DNA of 56,551 nt, the filler included, from Catajapyx aquilonaris (lineage: Eukaryota), in assembly GCA_000934665.2 (NCBI GenBank). It is 3 parts of 3 records of this genome, joined end to end, with 100 filler letters (N's around TTAATTAATTAA, not from the genome) between each part and the next. Parts side by side here need not be neighbours in the genome. Positions count along the whole stretch, not along the records: positions 1 to 18,757 come from JYFJ02006617.1; positions 18,858 to 37,620 come from JYFJ02006618.1; 1 more part is not named here. One strand, 5' to 3'. Position 1 is the first letter of the stretch; each line of letters opens with the position of its first letter. The position numbers and the translations under genes were made by a program. This document shows, piece by piece, positions 12,719-23,788 of this stretch. Below the pieces are notes generated by a model that saw only the letters and a list, made by a program, of their open reading frames with translations, had not been told where the DNA came from and made no database searches.

Positions 12719-14634
12719 TTTAATTTTTAAAATTATTGCCCATAATGAGAATAATTAATGCCATTATCGATATCTTCAGAAGAATAATGTAACATTACAA
12801 CGTTGCATAATTCCAGCTATTCAGGTTAGATTTTTTTTTCCTCAAAAATTAATTACACGCATTTTGAGCTGTAATCAAATTCCGCACTTTGATTGGGTAA
12901 TCAGCTCCCTTGAATTTTTCCAACCAGATCCGCCATCCTTTTGATCTTAATATTTCGAGTCAAAAAATTTTTTTGGAGGAGATTTCAGGTCGATTGATCC
13001 TCTAATGAAGAATGGAGCTGGCCATTTTGGTAAATAGCTCCCATATGAAAAAAAAAAACTGGTTGGAAACATTTTTATAAAAGCAAATTGCATATTCGGA
13101 GAGCTCCCTTGGGCAAATATCGGATGGAAGGGTTATGAGAATGTCAGTAGCCGCTTGCTTCTTTTTTGTCATTTTTTTTTGTGTGAGTCTGGTTGCTGTC
13201 CTATACCAAAGCGGTTTTGACTATAGGTTGCGTAACACCGGCTTTACAAAAAATCCGAGGGTTGTAAATTTTGGGGGTGCCTTCCGGTGCAGGATCCGTA
13301 TGCGAAACATGCTGGTTTGACTAATGACATTATCGAGTAGCACCATTATCGGCTGGCACACAACAAAAAAGCGCACTTTATTGCACAGCCGCATTGTTGC
13401 AAAAAAAATTAACGAAAGTGGACAATTATAAGCAAAACCAGAAGTTTGCAGATTTTAGATGAAAATGGACTTGAACTAAATGGGGGATTTAGGACGGAAA
13501 ATGTGCCGCGAATTGATGTGGATTACAGGGATTAGGTGTCTTGTGTATACACGCGTGTCGGCTGCTAATGACTGGGTTTCAGTACCAATTACAACGATTT
13601 TTTTAAAGTGTAGAACTTCGTGATTGGTAGCAGGGGATGGAAGACTCAGGTGCGCTTAATTGTAATGGGTACTGTTTTTTAACGGTCAGATTAGCACGTT
13701 GAGCGAAACATTAGTTAGGGGAGGTGAATTTGCAAATGCTTCTTTGCAGGGATTAGTGTAGAATTTGGAAGTAATATCAGGGAGCAATAAAATTACGATC
13801 GATAGGTACAAATTGGTTAGAAACATTAATTTGTATATTTAGTACGCTTCAGGCTCATTAATTAATATGCACCTCCGGTTTTCTAATTTTCAGAATTCCA
13901 CTGAGGACAAGAAGCATTTGAATTCGTATAGGTAGCTTAAATATATTTTGATAATGAAGAAATTAGTTTTTCCCAGAAAATAATGGCCGACATGACCGAC
14001 ATGCTGCTTTTAATTATTCCAATTAATCCCATTGTGTGTTTCCCTCCATCCTCTTGTTCCATCAGCTGGAACTCGCCGGAGGGCTACACATGCATATACT
14101 GGCAGCTTGTAATGTTGGGAACGCCAACACTCGGTCATTACCCAGCTTGAGAGACTCACGCCAATTAAACCCTCCAATTCGCACACTTGTCATACGACGC
14201 AAGGAAGTCTCTCACTATATGGCAGTGACTGAAACTACAAGTGCAGGTTGTACCCTTTACAAATTAAATCCCATTGTGGTCTGAACTAACGGTGAAGGTT
14301 TTGTGGAGGGCCTGCTTTCAGCAAAGTACACATCATTACCATGCGGGTTCTGAGTGCAGCGGTATTACATGATGGAAGGTCTGGCAAGGGATTATTAGGC
14401 CAGTTTTTTTGAAGGGATTGCTATAGGGAAGTTAAGATGGAGTTGGAATAAGGAGCCGTCTTAATCCTGATGGGAAACTTGCTTATGGTGGAGGGATTGT
14501 GGGGAAGGAAACATCGAAGTGCTCTCTAGAGGGCAATTGTGTATTAGCCACCTGTGGATCAGCTTTTGTTTTGTCAAGTTGGCTGCTAGAATTTTAATGT
14601 AATAAGAATGTATATTTCTCCTTAGATCATAACA

Positions 14635-17600
14635 ATGACGGAATTATACTTGGACACTAACCTGTCGAGCCACCAGGACAATCTGACCGACACTTGGGGT
14701 ACTGAGGTCATATATGAAGTTCCGACGGGCATGGTGATCCTGCTGTCGGTATTCTACGGCAGCATATCACTAATAGCAGTCGTGGGCAACTCCCTGGTGA
14801 TCTGGATCATCTTGACTAGCCGTCGGATGCAGGTGGTGACCAACTTCTTCATAGCCAATTTAGCATGTGCGGACACCAGCATCGGTCTTCTGGCCATACC
14901 CTTCCAGTTCCAAGCTGCTCTTCTTCAGAGATGGAACCTTCCACATTTCATGTGCGGGTTCTGTCCGTTCGTGCAGGTCCTGAGTGTGACTGTCAGTGTC
15001 TTCACCCTCACTTCCATCGCTCTGGACCGATACAGGGCTATTCTATACCCATTGGCAGCCAGGCCATCCAAATCTAGGGCCAAGATGTTGCTGGCTGCCA
15101 TTTGGATAGCTGGTGTTGCTCTGGCCACACCAATGGCTGTTGCTTTGAGGTACCGGTACGCTTCCTTGAAACAAAATCGTCCAAATTATACCGAAGAATG
15201 TAATGCAATTTCAGGGTGACGTATGTGGAGGACCCGGAGAGGCATACGGTGAAGCCCTTTTGCCAGAACGTGAACTTGTCACCTGAGGGCATGAGGTTGT
15301 ACAGCCATGTACTGGTGGGCCTACAGTACTTCACACCTGTAACAGTGCTCACAGCTGCATATGCCAGGATGGGCATCAGGCTATGGGGTACCAAGACACC
15401 AGGGAATGCCGAGGACCAAAGGGACGCAGCAGTTCTCAGGAATAAGAAAAAGGTAGGTGCCAACGAACGTTATTGTGGCTTTCCCAGTCGTTCAGACGCG
15501 CTCCCGCCACTTCTTCGCCAAATTTTAAACTCAACTTATTTTAGAGCCCCATCATACCCATCATAGTTCAAGCAACAAAGCCTAATAAGATATTTAAAAG
15601 TGTCAGATCAATTCATCAAAGCCATTCAAACCACTGGGTCGTATCTAAGAGATTAATCACCTTGAGTTTACAGTATAATAAAGTCCAGGCTGAAAATAAG
15701 GGATAGAACCAAACTTGTATATCACAAACACACGAGGAAATATCGAGCAAGAATATGGTTAGGACAGGATAACAAATTACTAAAATAACCTCTCACCTCC
15801 AATCTTGGCTTCAACGCAAAAATTTATCTTGCTTGCAAAAAAATTTATCTCGCTAAAAACACTGGTGTCATCATTCGTTCTATTATGCTTTATAGCTGGT
15901 TCTAGGTCACTGATCGATTTTCAGATCGAATCTTTCTAAGCCGGGATCGGGACCTTTTAGACACGGGCCAAGTGTCATTAACGTATAGCTTCCTTAGATT
16001 GGAATTCCGGTGCGTATGCCAACACCACGTAATTAGCAAGGAAGATGGATGCCGGATTAAGCATTGACCCAATAAACACAAGGGAGATGTCCTCTCAGAA
16101 ACTCAATTCGTGGAAGCTGGCACTGACTACTAGAGGTTTCAGGAATGTTGGATAAGTCATTTACGTTGCATGCATATAGGGTGGCTCATGTGATGAATGT
16201 GGTATGCGGGTAGAGGTTTATTACACGTGCCTGGATTGTTGGGACGTGATGCACCTCACTGCACCAGAATTGAGGCAGAAAAACTAGTGATTTTAATAAC
16301 TGGTATGATTAATAGCCAGGTTTTTCAATAAGTGGGGAGAATCCATCCTTGCATAGTTTAATAACATCAACTAAACTTATAAGCTCCCTAATTAATATAT
16401 TACGATAATAATTACAGTAAAACTGTACTTGCGATACTTACAATACGATACTTACGAGACTTACAATACGATACAGCTCTTGACGATATACTTACGATAC
16501 TATACTTGCGATACTTACGATACTATACTTGCGATACTTACGATACTATACTTGCGATACTTACGAGTCTTAACCTACATACGATACTTACGTTAATAAT
16601 GACAAAAAACGAGATTACGATTCGCAAGATAATGAGGGGCAGGGCCCAAATTATATGGCCACCTTATGAATTTTTTAAACTTACCTGTTGATTAAACACT
16701 AGATTACCTCGTTGGAAATGTGCTATTCTGACGATAAAACGCTTTGAGAAATATAAATACAGCTCTTTTCACTGCTATTTATGAATAGCAGCAGAAATGG
16801 ACCATTTTGTTCAAAAATGTGAATTATTTCCAAGCAGCTCTAGTGTGAATGTGACTTTTCAATTTACAGCGTTTTGGTGTACCGCCAGCCAAGTGCTTTG
16901 GGGGGTTTAGGTGTATAACGAATAGTGCTGCAGAGTTCCGCAGGAATGCCTAATTTTGTTGGGGGAGGGGAAATGGAATACAAAAGCAAGCAAGCAGTGA
17001 AATATTGAGGTTCGGAGAGTTTGAAAAAGTTTCCCCTTTGAAGCCGGAATGGCCGTTTTTGAACCTTTTAGCAAACTATGGAGCCGTACACTTGTGACAG
17101 ACAAAGGCGTGTACACTGGGCTTAATTTATTAACGTCGACGGCACCTGGTTTGGGGAACTTTCCACCAGCTACTAATGGGACATCTCAGGTTTCAAACTT
17201 TGGTGTTCTCATTGCCTGACACTGATTTGCACAGCCCTTGGCACTGTATGCCCAGACCTTGTGACTTTATCATGTCGTTCTGAGGTGACTTTGAGGTGTC
17301 GAGACTCATTTTGAATTATTTTCTGCCGGCAACATTATTAGGTGACATGTGCCTCTAAATGTGGAGCATCTGAGGACAAGGCCACCAATGCAAAAAAAAA
17401 ATATGTGGATTTTAGCTAGATCTACGAGCATATGAAAATATAGGCAAAAATAAGCAGAAAATTAAATAATTACATGGAGTTGTGTCGTCAATTTTATGCG
17501 AAAATATGGATTTACCTGATATATTGTTATGAAGGTTGCAGTTTCACGTGTAGTTTTCCTCAAATGCACTCGACTGAAGCACTGTTACAAATCATTTGAG

Positions 17601-18134
17601 ACATTTTTGCCACATCTTGTAGGCTGCGACTTCAGCGTCTTAGGTCGCAGTAGTCCCCAGTGTAAACACAGGTACCAGAAATAGCGAAAGTTTTGGCAAG
17701 AAAAAAAACAACGTTTTCCGAACCCGATATTATAGACTCGATGTAATGCAATTGCGGTGACTTCAAAGGCTGGTGGCTCAGGTTGTAATGGACTCAATTT
17801 CCTCTCAAATTATTTATTAAACAGCCTTCAGGGAAATCGCTAGTATAGTGCTTATTAGTACATAGGTTACCACCAAGAACATGGCTCATTATTAATCTCT
17901 ATTTAAGTTTGCACGTTCCGATGAAATCAGGAAACACCATAATGCGTCCTGTGTGTATTTAGACAACCTCAATTTCTATGTAAGTGTGTATTTTGAAATA
18001 TTAATAATGTTATGAAATATATTTTACTCACAGGTGATCAAAATGCTGGTGGTCGTTGTGGCCATGTTTGCCATTTGCTGGATGCCTCTTCAGACCTATC
18101 ATATCCTGCAGGAAATCTACCCGCAAATCAACCA
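14635..18134 (+). CDS. Lkr: Leucokinin/kinin neuropeptide receptor (class A GPCR), 3'-incomplete
   Basis: Exons 14635-15149, 15215-15452 and 18034-18134 encode TM1-TM6: YEVPTGMVILLSVFYGSISLIAVVGNSLV, TNFFIANLA, IPFQFQAALLQRWNLPHFMCGFCPFVQVLSV (kinin-receptor signature), DRY, LWGTKTPGNAEDQRD, VIKMLVVVVAMFAICWMPLQTY. No TM7/NPxxY exon was found before or after the gap at 18758. Confidence 0.88.
16425..16592. repeat. Degenerate minisatellite of gatacttac / cttgcgatacttacgatactata units
   Basis: Directly visible repeated units; near-perfect 23-bp periodicity around 16490-16565. Confidence 0.85.
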
Positions 18135-18757
18135 GTAAGTGCGGAAAATATTGTGGAAAAAAACTTAATTTTGCATGCCATAACACCTAGCTTATAAATG
18201 ACTGCACAGGGATTTAAAACCACATTTGAAGGCGAATTACATGAAACGGGCATTTTTGCGTAGCTACTATTTATAAGTCCCGCTGGACAATATTTTCATT
18301 GCGCTAATTATAAAAACTTGCGTACGCTGTATGTGAACTTGACAATTGTGGTTTTTATTTGTTGTGCAGCTACAACGCACCGTGGTCGTTGCGGCTTACT
18401 GCGTAGATTGTGAAGCTTGTTTTATGTTAAGTTACTACGAACGGAGTCCCTGGCGCATCAAAAGCATTTTAAACACTTTAACCACAACAGATGCCGGTGC
18501 ATGACACTTTTTTTTGTGTACCCTGTTATGATGCACACCAGCTTTCTATGACGACAATATTACGTATAGTAACCGAGACAAAATATAAAGTTATATTTTG
18601 CACCAGCCTACATGGAGTTTTTAATTATTCATAACAATACTCCATTTTTTCGTAAAATGTTCACGCTCATATTAGTAAGGTACACAACGCATGTGTTCAT
18701 GCCTCAGTGTCCCTGACTGATAAGTTGTGACGACAGTGTCACAACATGTGCTGGAAA

Positions 18758-18857
18758 NNNNNNNNNNNNNNNNNNNNNNNNNNNNNNNNNNNNNNNNNNN
18801 NTTAATTAATTAANNNNNNNNNNNNNNNNNNNNNNNNNNNNNNNNNNNNNNNNNNNN
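18758..18857. other. Scaffold gap with synthetic TTAATTAATTAA six-frame-stop spacer
   Basis: 44 N + TTAATTAATTAA (18802-18813) + 44 N, exactly 100 nt. Confidence 0.95.
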
Positions 18858-19101
18858 AGATGAAGGAAGATTACATCGAGAAAAAATGACATTGTGAGAG
18901 TTGTAACACATGTCCTTCATACCTAGGTAGATAACTTTTTGACCCTCCCTCGTAAGTTTGTAGATGTTGGAAAGTAAAGTAGTAACAAAAAAAAATATTG
19001 CAAACTGATGAAACAGACACGTCAGAATAATATTTCATCCGCAATTCAACATTTTTGTGAAATCTCATCATTAAAAAAAATTAATTACCACTGTGCGAGT
19101 A

Positions 19102-19221
19102 CACTCTAAGAAATGTCCGGGTTAAATAACCATGACTAAGAAATGTCCGGGTTAAATAACCATGACAAAAGTGATCTTTTTTCCGGGATAAATACATTTA
19201 ACCCGGACATTTCTTAGAGTG
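19102..19221. mobile_element. 120-bp MITE with CAC...GTG termini and TA TSD
   Basis: TA|cactctaagaaatgtccgggttaaat ... atttaacccggacatttcttagagtg|TA: 26-bp perfect TIR plus an internal 30-bp tandem duplication. Confidence 0.8.
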
Positions 19222-21333
19222 TAGAAAAAAAATGTAATTGCACGTACTGATTTCACACGAGCTGATTCTTCCAGCCCCCTTTTCGTTGCCCATAATATTT
19301 CATTGGGGTTAGTACAATAATGGAATTAATCATTTCAGATAATCTCTTAATTACGCCCCCGAAGAGCGGATGTCCACAGCAGGAACATATAATAGCACTT
19401 TATAGTTCGGTGTATTATTTCAGCCGCGTTCAAATTATATGAAGTACAGGGTGTGTGCCCAGCTTCGATCGTTTATATACCAAAATCCCATTCTTCATGC
19501 GGCCATATCTCTGGTTTTGTCCCAACAGACTTTATAGGAGCAGATGGGACATGAAGTAATAATAATAAAAAAAAATGCTTTTGGAGCTATTTCTCCTGGC
19601 TTAAGACGGGCGTGAAAGTGGTCCATTGGTCCGGATGCTGCTTATTTGGTCCCAGCAGGTGGAGATGAGACAAACAAATGCCGAGGCTCCCAGGTCCTTG
19701 TTTGCATTAAGAAAGTGTGCGGGTGGTCCAGGAGACGGTAAATCTGCATTTCAGTTGGACTAATAAATTGCGCATCTGGGGAACCGCAATTCATCCGGAG
19801 GTTGCACTAAAACCCCAGACCGGATAACTGCGGGTCCTGCACTTACGGTACACTGTAAATAACTCGATAACGTCCCCCCTTTGCGATAATGGATCTGCAT
19901 AAATCCATGGACTTATGCGTCTTAATATAATGGCAAAAAATATGACGTAACAAGATAATTTTAGCAAATTAAATATCCTGACGCATATGCAACCCTTGTA
20001 CTTTTTGATAATTTTTAATATATTTTAAAAAAAAATTGCCATCTCATTCGATTAAAAATGACGTCTGTCCAAGATATCTAATTAAAAGTATAGTTTCAGC
20101 TCGTAAGTTGTCTGCAGCAAAAAATAAAAATAAAATGTTTCTCACTAATTAAATTGTGATTTTATGAAAATAATGTCCAATGTGACCTGTGCTTGTTCTT
20201 AACTTGAATGTAAAGTAACTACACTTCAATTTTTTTAAAGTTTAGACTGGCATCACGTCTTTGCAGACATTTTTATTGTCATTTGCCTCGAAATGACAAT
20301 AACGATGACATAAGCCCAAACCTTTAAAAAAAATTGTAGCATAGTCTTGGTACAATAAAATAACTCACACATTTTTACTTCCAACCTTTGGTTTTATTAA
20401 CAGCGAGTAATGCTGACAACAATCAAAACATTTCCACAACTGAAATTATACTGCAAAGGAAGAAGAAAAAGCACCGTGGGTATGATCACAAGATCTAAAA
20501 TAATAATCTCATGCAAACAGTGAAATATCAGGTTCTAAGCAGAATCTCTTCAATCTGAATAACTACCCGATAACAATAGAAAAATTCCCATAAAAGAACA
20601 AAAATAGCTGTTGGGTAATATCTGAACCGTATCCTTTAGTCGCAACTAACAAGGTAGTTCATGGGAAAGCGACTAGTAGCAGCAAATCCAGGATTAGAGC
20701 ATGGCCATATTATTTCAACATAGACATTCAAGTTAGAGAGCTTACAAAACAGTGAACTCACAACTACGACTACAAATAACCACCAAAACTCTTGAATGTC
20801 TCACAGCCTAATTTTGGCCACAAATGAAATGGGATGTGTCTCCCTGCAAACTGCCATGAAATCAAACAAAATTGGCATGACACCTTCTTCGTAATCTTGC
20901 ATCTAAATGGATGGAGGCATGTAACTTTAACAAGACATTAATATTGCATTGCTCAAAACATGGCGGGAAGCGCCTTCCTGGTGTAGCACAATAACAACAT
21001 AAATTATTCTTCGTACAGTACCGGTAATTTCAAAATGGACTAGAAGGTGTGAAATTATTAGACACCTCAACAAACAGTCTCGCACTTCCTTTTCTTCACA
21101 TGCCTTGTGCCAGTTATCCTGCACTTCGACTCATCAGACGTGACCTCTCATGAAGGCCGTTACCTTGGGATTAGGAACATTAATCTGGATCATGCACTTT
21201 CAACCACTGATTTTCATAAAGGTGAATCAATAAAAACAAGAAAAATGAAATAATTACTGGCCATTTGGGATGCATTTTCAGATAGTGNTCATTAGGGATG
21301 TTTATATGTTTCTATTTATCATTGTGTCTGTAC

Positions 21334-21485
21334 GCCCGGTTCACACCTGACCACTTTTGGAAACACACAGGATTGAATGAGAGTCGTTCATACGTAGCCA
21401 CTGGCGACTCTCTCATTCAATCTTGTGTAATTCCGAAAGTGGTCAGTTGTTGTTGCGACTAAAAGTGGCCACGTGTGAACTAAGA
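21334..21485. mobile_element. Short palindromic MITE-like element (Harbinger-like end)
   Basis: gttcacac...gtgtgaac ends; inner ~40-bp inverted arms ctgaccacttttggaaacacacaggattgaatgagagtcg / cgactctctcattcaatcttgtgtaattccgaaagtggtcag. Confidence 0.55.
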
Positions 21486-21791
21486 CCTAAGTGGGACAGG
21501 ACAGGACATGAAATATTCAAAACATTGCATTATTAAAACCACCTGATCTCCCCCGACATGAACTCGGTCATATACATGGCATAGAAAAATTCTCGTTTGC
21601 ATGAAAAAGTGTACCCTCACCCAAACAATGACTCCATAACAAATTGTACAAATTGAAAAATTGTTGCAGATTGCCTTGCGCAACCGCAGACTTTACCATT
21701 TAATGCACTTGGACCAATTGCTGGTAACACAAAATTTAATAGGCCTCGACCAAATTTATCAGGTACTTAAAATACATAATTCACCCTTCCC

Positions 21792-22638
21792 TCATTCATT
21801 CGGCTGATGCCTGGTACTTCCTTCTGGCACGTCATCATGTTTGGGCAGTGGAGAAGCCTTGGCGGGCTTCTGAAACAGGTTCTTCTCCTTGTCATTTCGA
21901 TGATCAGCGTATATGGCAGCCTTGATCTTCTCCGCCTCCGCCTTATTCTTCCGGAACTCCTTCAAGTCCCGCTCCTTCTCAGCCAAGGCTTTCTCTCGAA
22001 GAACATCTTGGTGAGCCCTCTGCCGGCTTTGAACGACCACCTTGTTATGATCCGTCCACTCCTCGCTGTGGGGCCTCACAAGTCGATTCTGAAGCAGAAT
22101 CTCCAAGGGGACGCTCACATCGGCATCATCGGGGAATACCAAAATCATATCCGTCTCCAACCATCCGGACGCTGAGAGGAAATGTCGGCTGCCCTCATGC
22201 TCCCACAGAGGCTGGATCTTCGCATTTGACAATTTCAGCTCCCTGAAAATATAATAAGTGTCAACGCTGCGTACATGACCGTTTCATGAGGCTTCTAGGT
22301 ACCACAAACAAACCTATATTTTTTATCTGAAGGATTGAGGCTAATGTTCTTGTAGATCTTTGTTAGGATCTCAACCGTAGAGCGAAGCGACTTGCTGTCC
22401 ATGTCAGCCTCTAGCTCCTGCAATGCTTCAAGCATCTCCGCTGTGCCCTGCAAACAACCCAAACATATTAGTAGACATTTAGTGATCTTAATGGCATAAC
22501 TAATTATTGGTAATAAGTAAAACTCATTGAAGTTACATATTGCAAGTAAGCAGCGTTGCTCATTACATGATTTTTCATATTGTTTTGCCATTACAACCTT
22601 CCCCCATTCCATCTATTCAGTATGATCACCTGATCCAT
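21792..22638 (-). CDS. PUB (PUG)-domain protein with charged coiled-coil tail, ~197 aa
   Basis: Exons 22638-22630, 22447-22314 and 22242-21792 join in frame. STVEILTKIYKNISLNPSDKKYR|ELKLSNAKIQPLWEHEGSRHFLSASGW matches the PUB core (NI..NP...KYR.I...N ... FL...GF/W). An alternative in-frame ATG lies at 22665. Confidence 0.8.
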
Positions 22639-23788
22639 GGCTGCTGCACCCTCAGTTGACCTCATGACCTCTTCAGCACTGAGCAATGACAGGTAATTGT
22701 ACTTAAAATGTACTTTTTTTTATCTGATGAAAATGAGAGTCATGTGCGATTCCCAACGTAGTTCCAGAAACGGCAGCAGGTGGCAGCACTATTGCCAGAC
22801 TGGTGCTGCCATCGTGCAGCGGAAGGTCCAACTAGAATGACCCCGCCAAGTTTGAACGGGAAGTGTGGCCGGTTCCGGAATGGGTTCAGTTTCCCTCGAT
22901 ATGTGCAAATCGGCCAGTAAAACATGTTGGGTAAAACCAAGCCTACAAGTTGATTGTTTGACCATCTGTTTACATCACTAATTGTTCGCAAAATAATTGT
23001 GTTGATGGCCACAAATATGTGGATTTTTTTTAGGAGTTTATAAGAAGTAAAAAAATGTCGACGATGGAGAAATTTCATCATGTAGGATGTGTCCAGCATC
23101 CCTGAGTTAGTGTGAAGAACAATGGGGGTATTTCTGGCACGCACGTCAGCATTGTTTGAAAGGGGAGGGACGAAATGGCTGGTTTGTACTGTACTACATG
23201 GGCACTTACAATAATTACGGCATCTTCATTTGCGCAATAGGAAACAGTAATTCCAACCAGAATGCCACAGGCATACACAATATGCTATATAATGACACTT
23301 GTTATTGAGTTATTGTGAATAATGACATTCGCATAAACAGAAAAGCATTATCCAAGGAATGTACGAAGAGTCGAAGAGATATGGGGCCGTATTCAGAGTC
23401 AACAACAAGAAGTTAGTGCAGTGCTTTAAACCACGTGACCCAGTTCACTAAGAAAAGTGGCATTCAGAGTCGCGCTTTAGGCCTAGTTCGGGCCTAGTGC
23501 GGACTTAGTGCGATCCTGCTAAAGCGGTGCACTAAGGCAAAACTTAGTGAACGGGACCCATGATGTGTAAAGTTTCACAAACAGTGCTTGCCCTTGGAAA
23601 CATTGAAAGAGCGTGCCATCACCAGGCAGCAGTCCCAACAGAGAGAGTTTGATCAATAGTTAGCCCCCCGATGACTAGCAACCAAGTGCAACTTAGACAG
23701 GGAAGCAGGGAGGGAAAAACATTGACAAAAAAAACACCGTCTGACTAGTGGTCGGTCGCGGTCAGATAAAAAAAAATAATTTGCAGAA

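Noticed and set aside
16425..16592. CRISPR-like array
   Set aside because: Contiguous degenerate repeats with no unique spacers, in a eukaryotic intron.
18802..18813. TTAATTAATTAA as a biological palindrome
   Set aside because: Centred in N runs at both gaps; a synthetic spacer.
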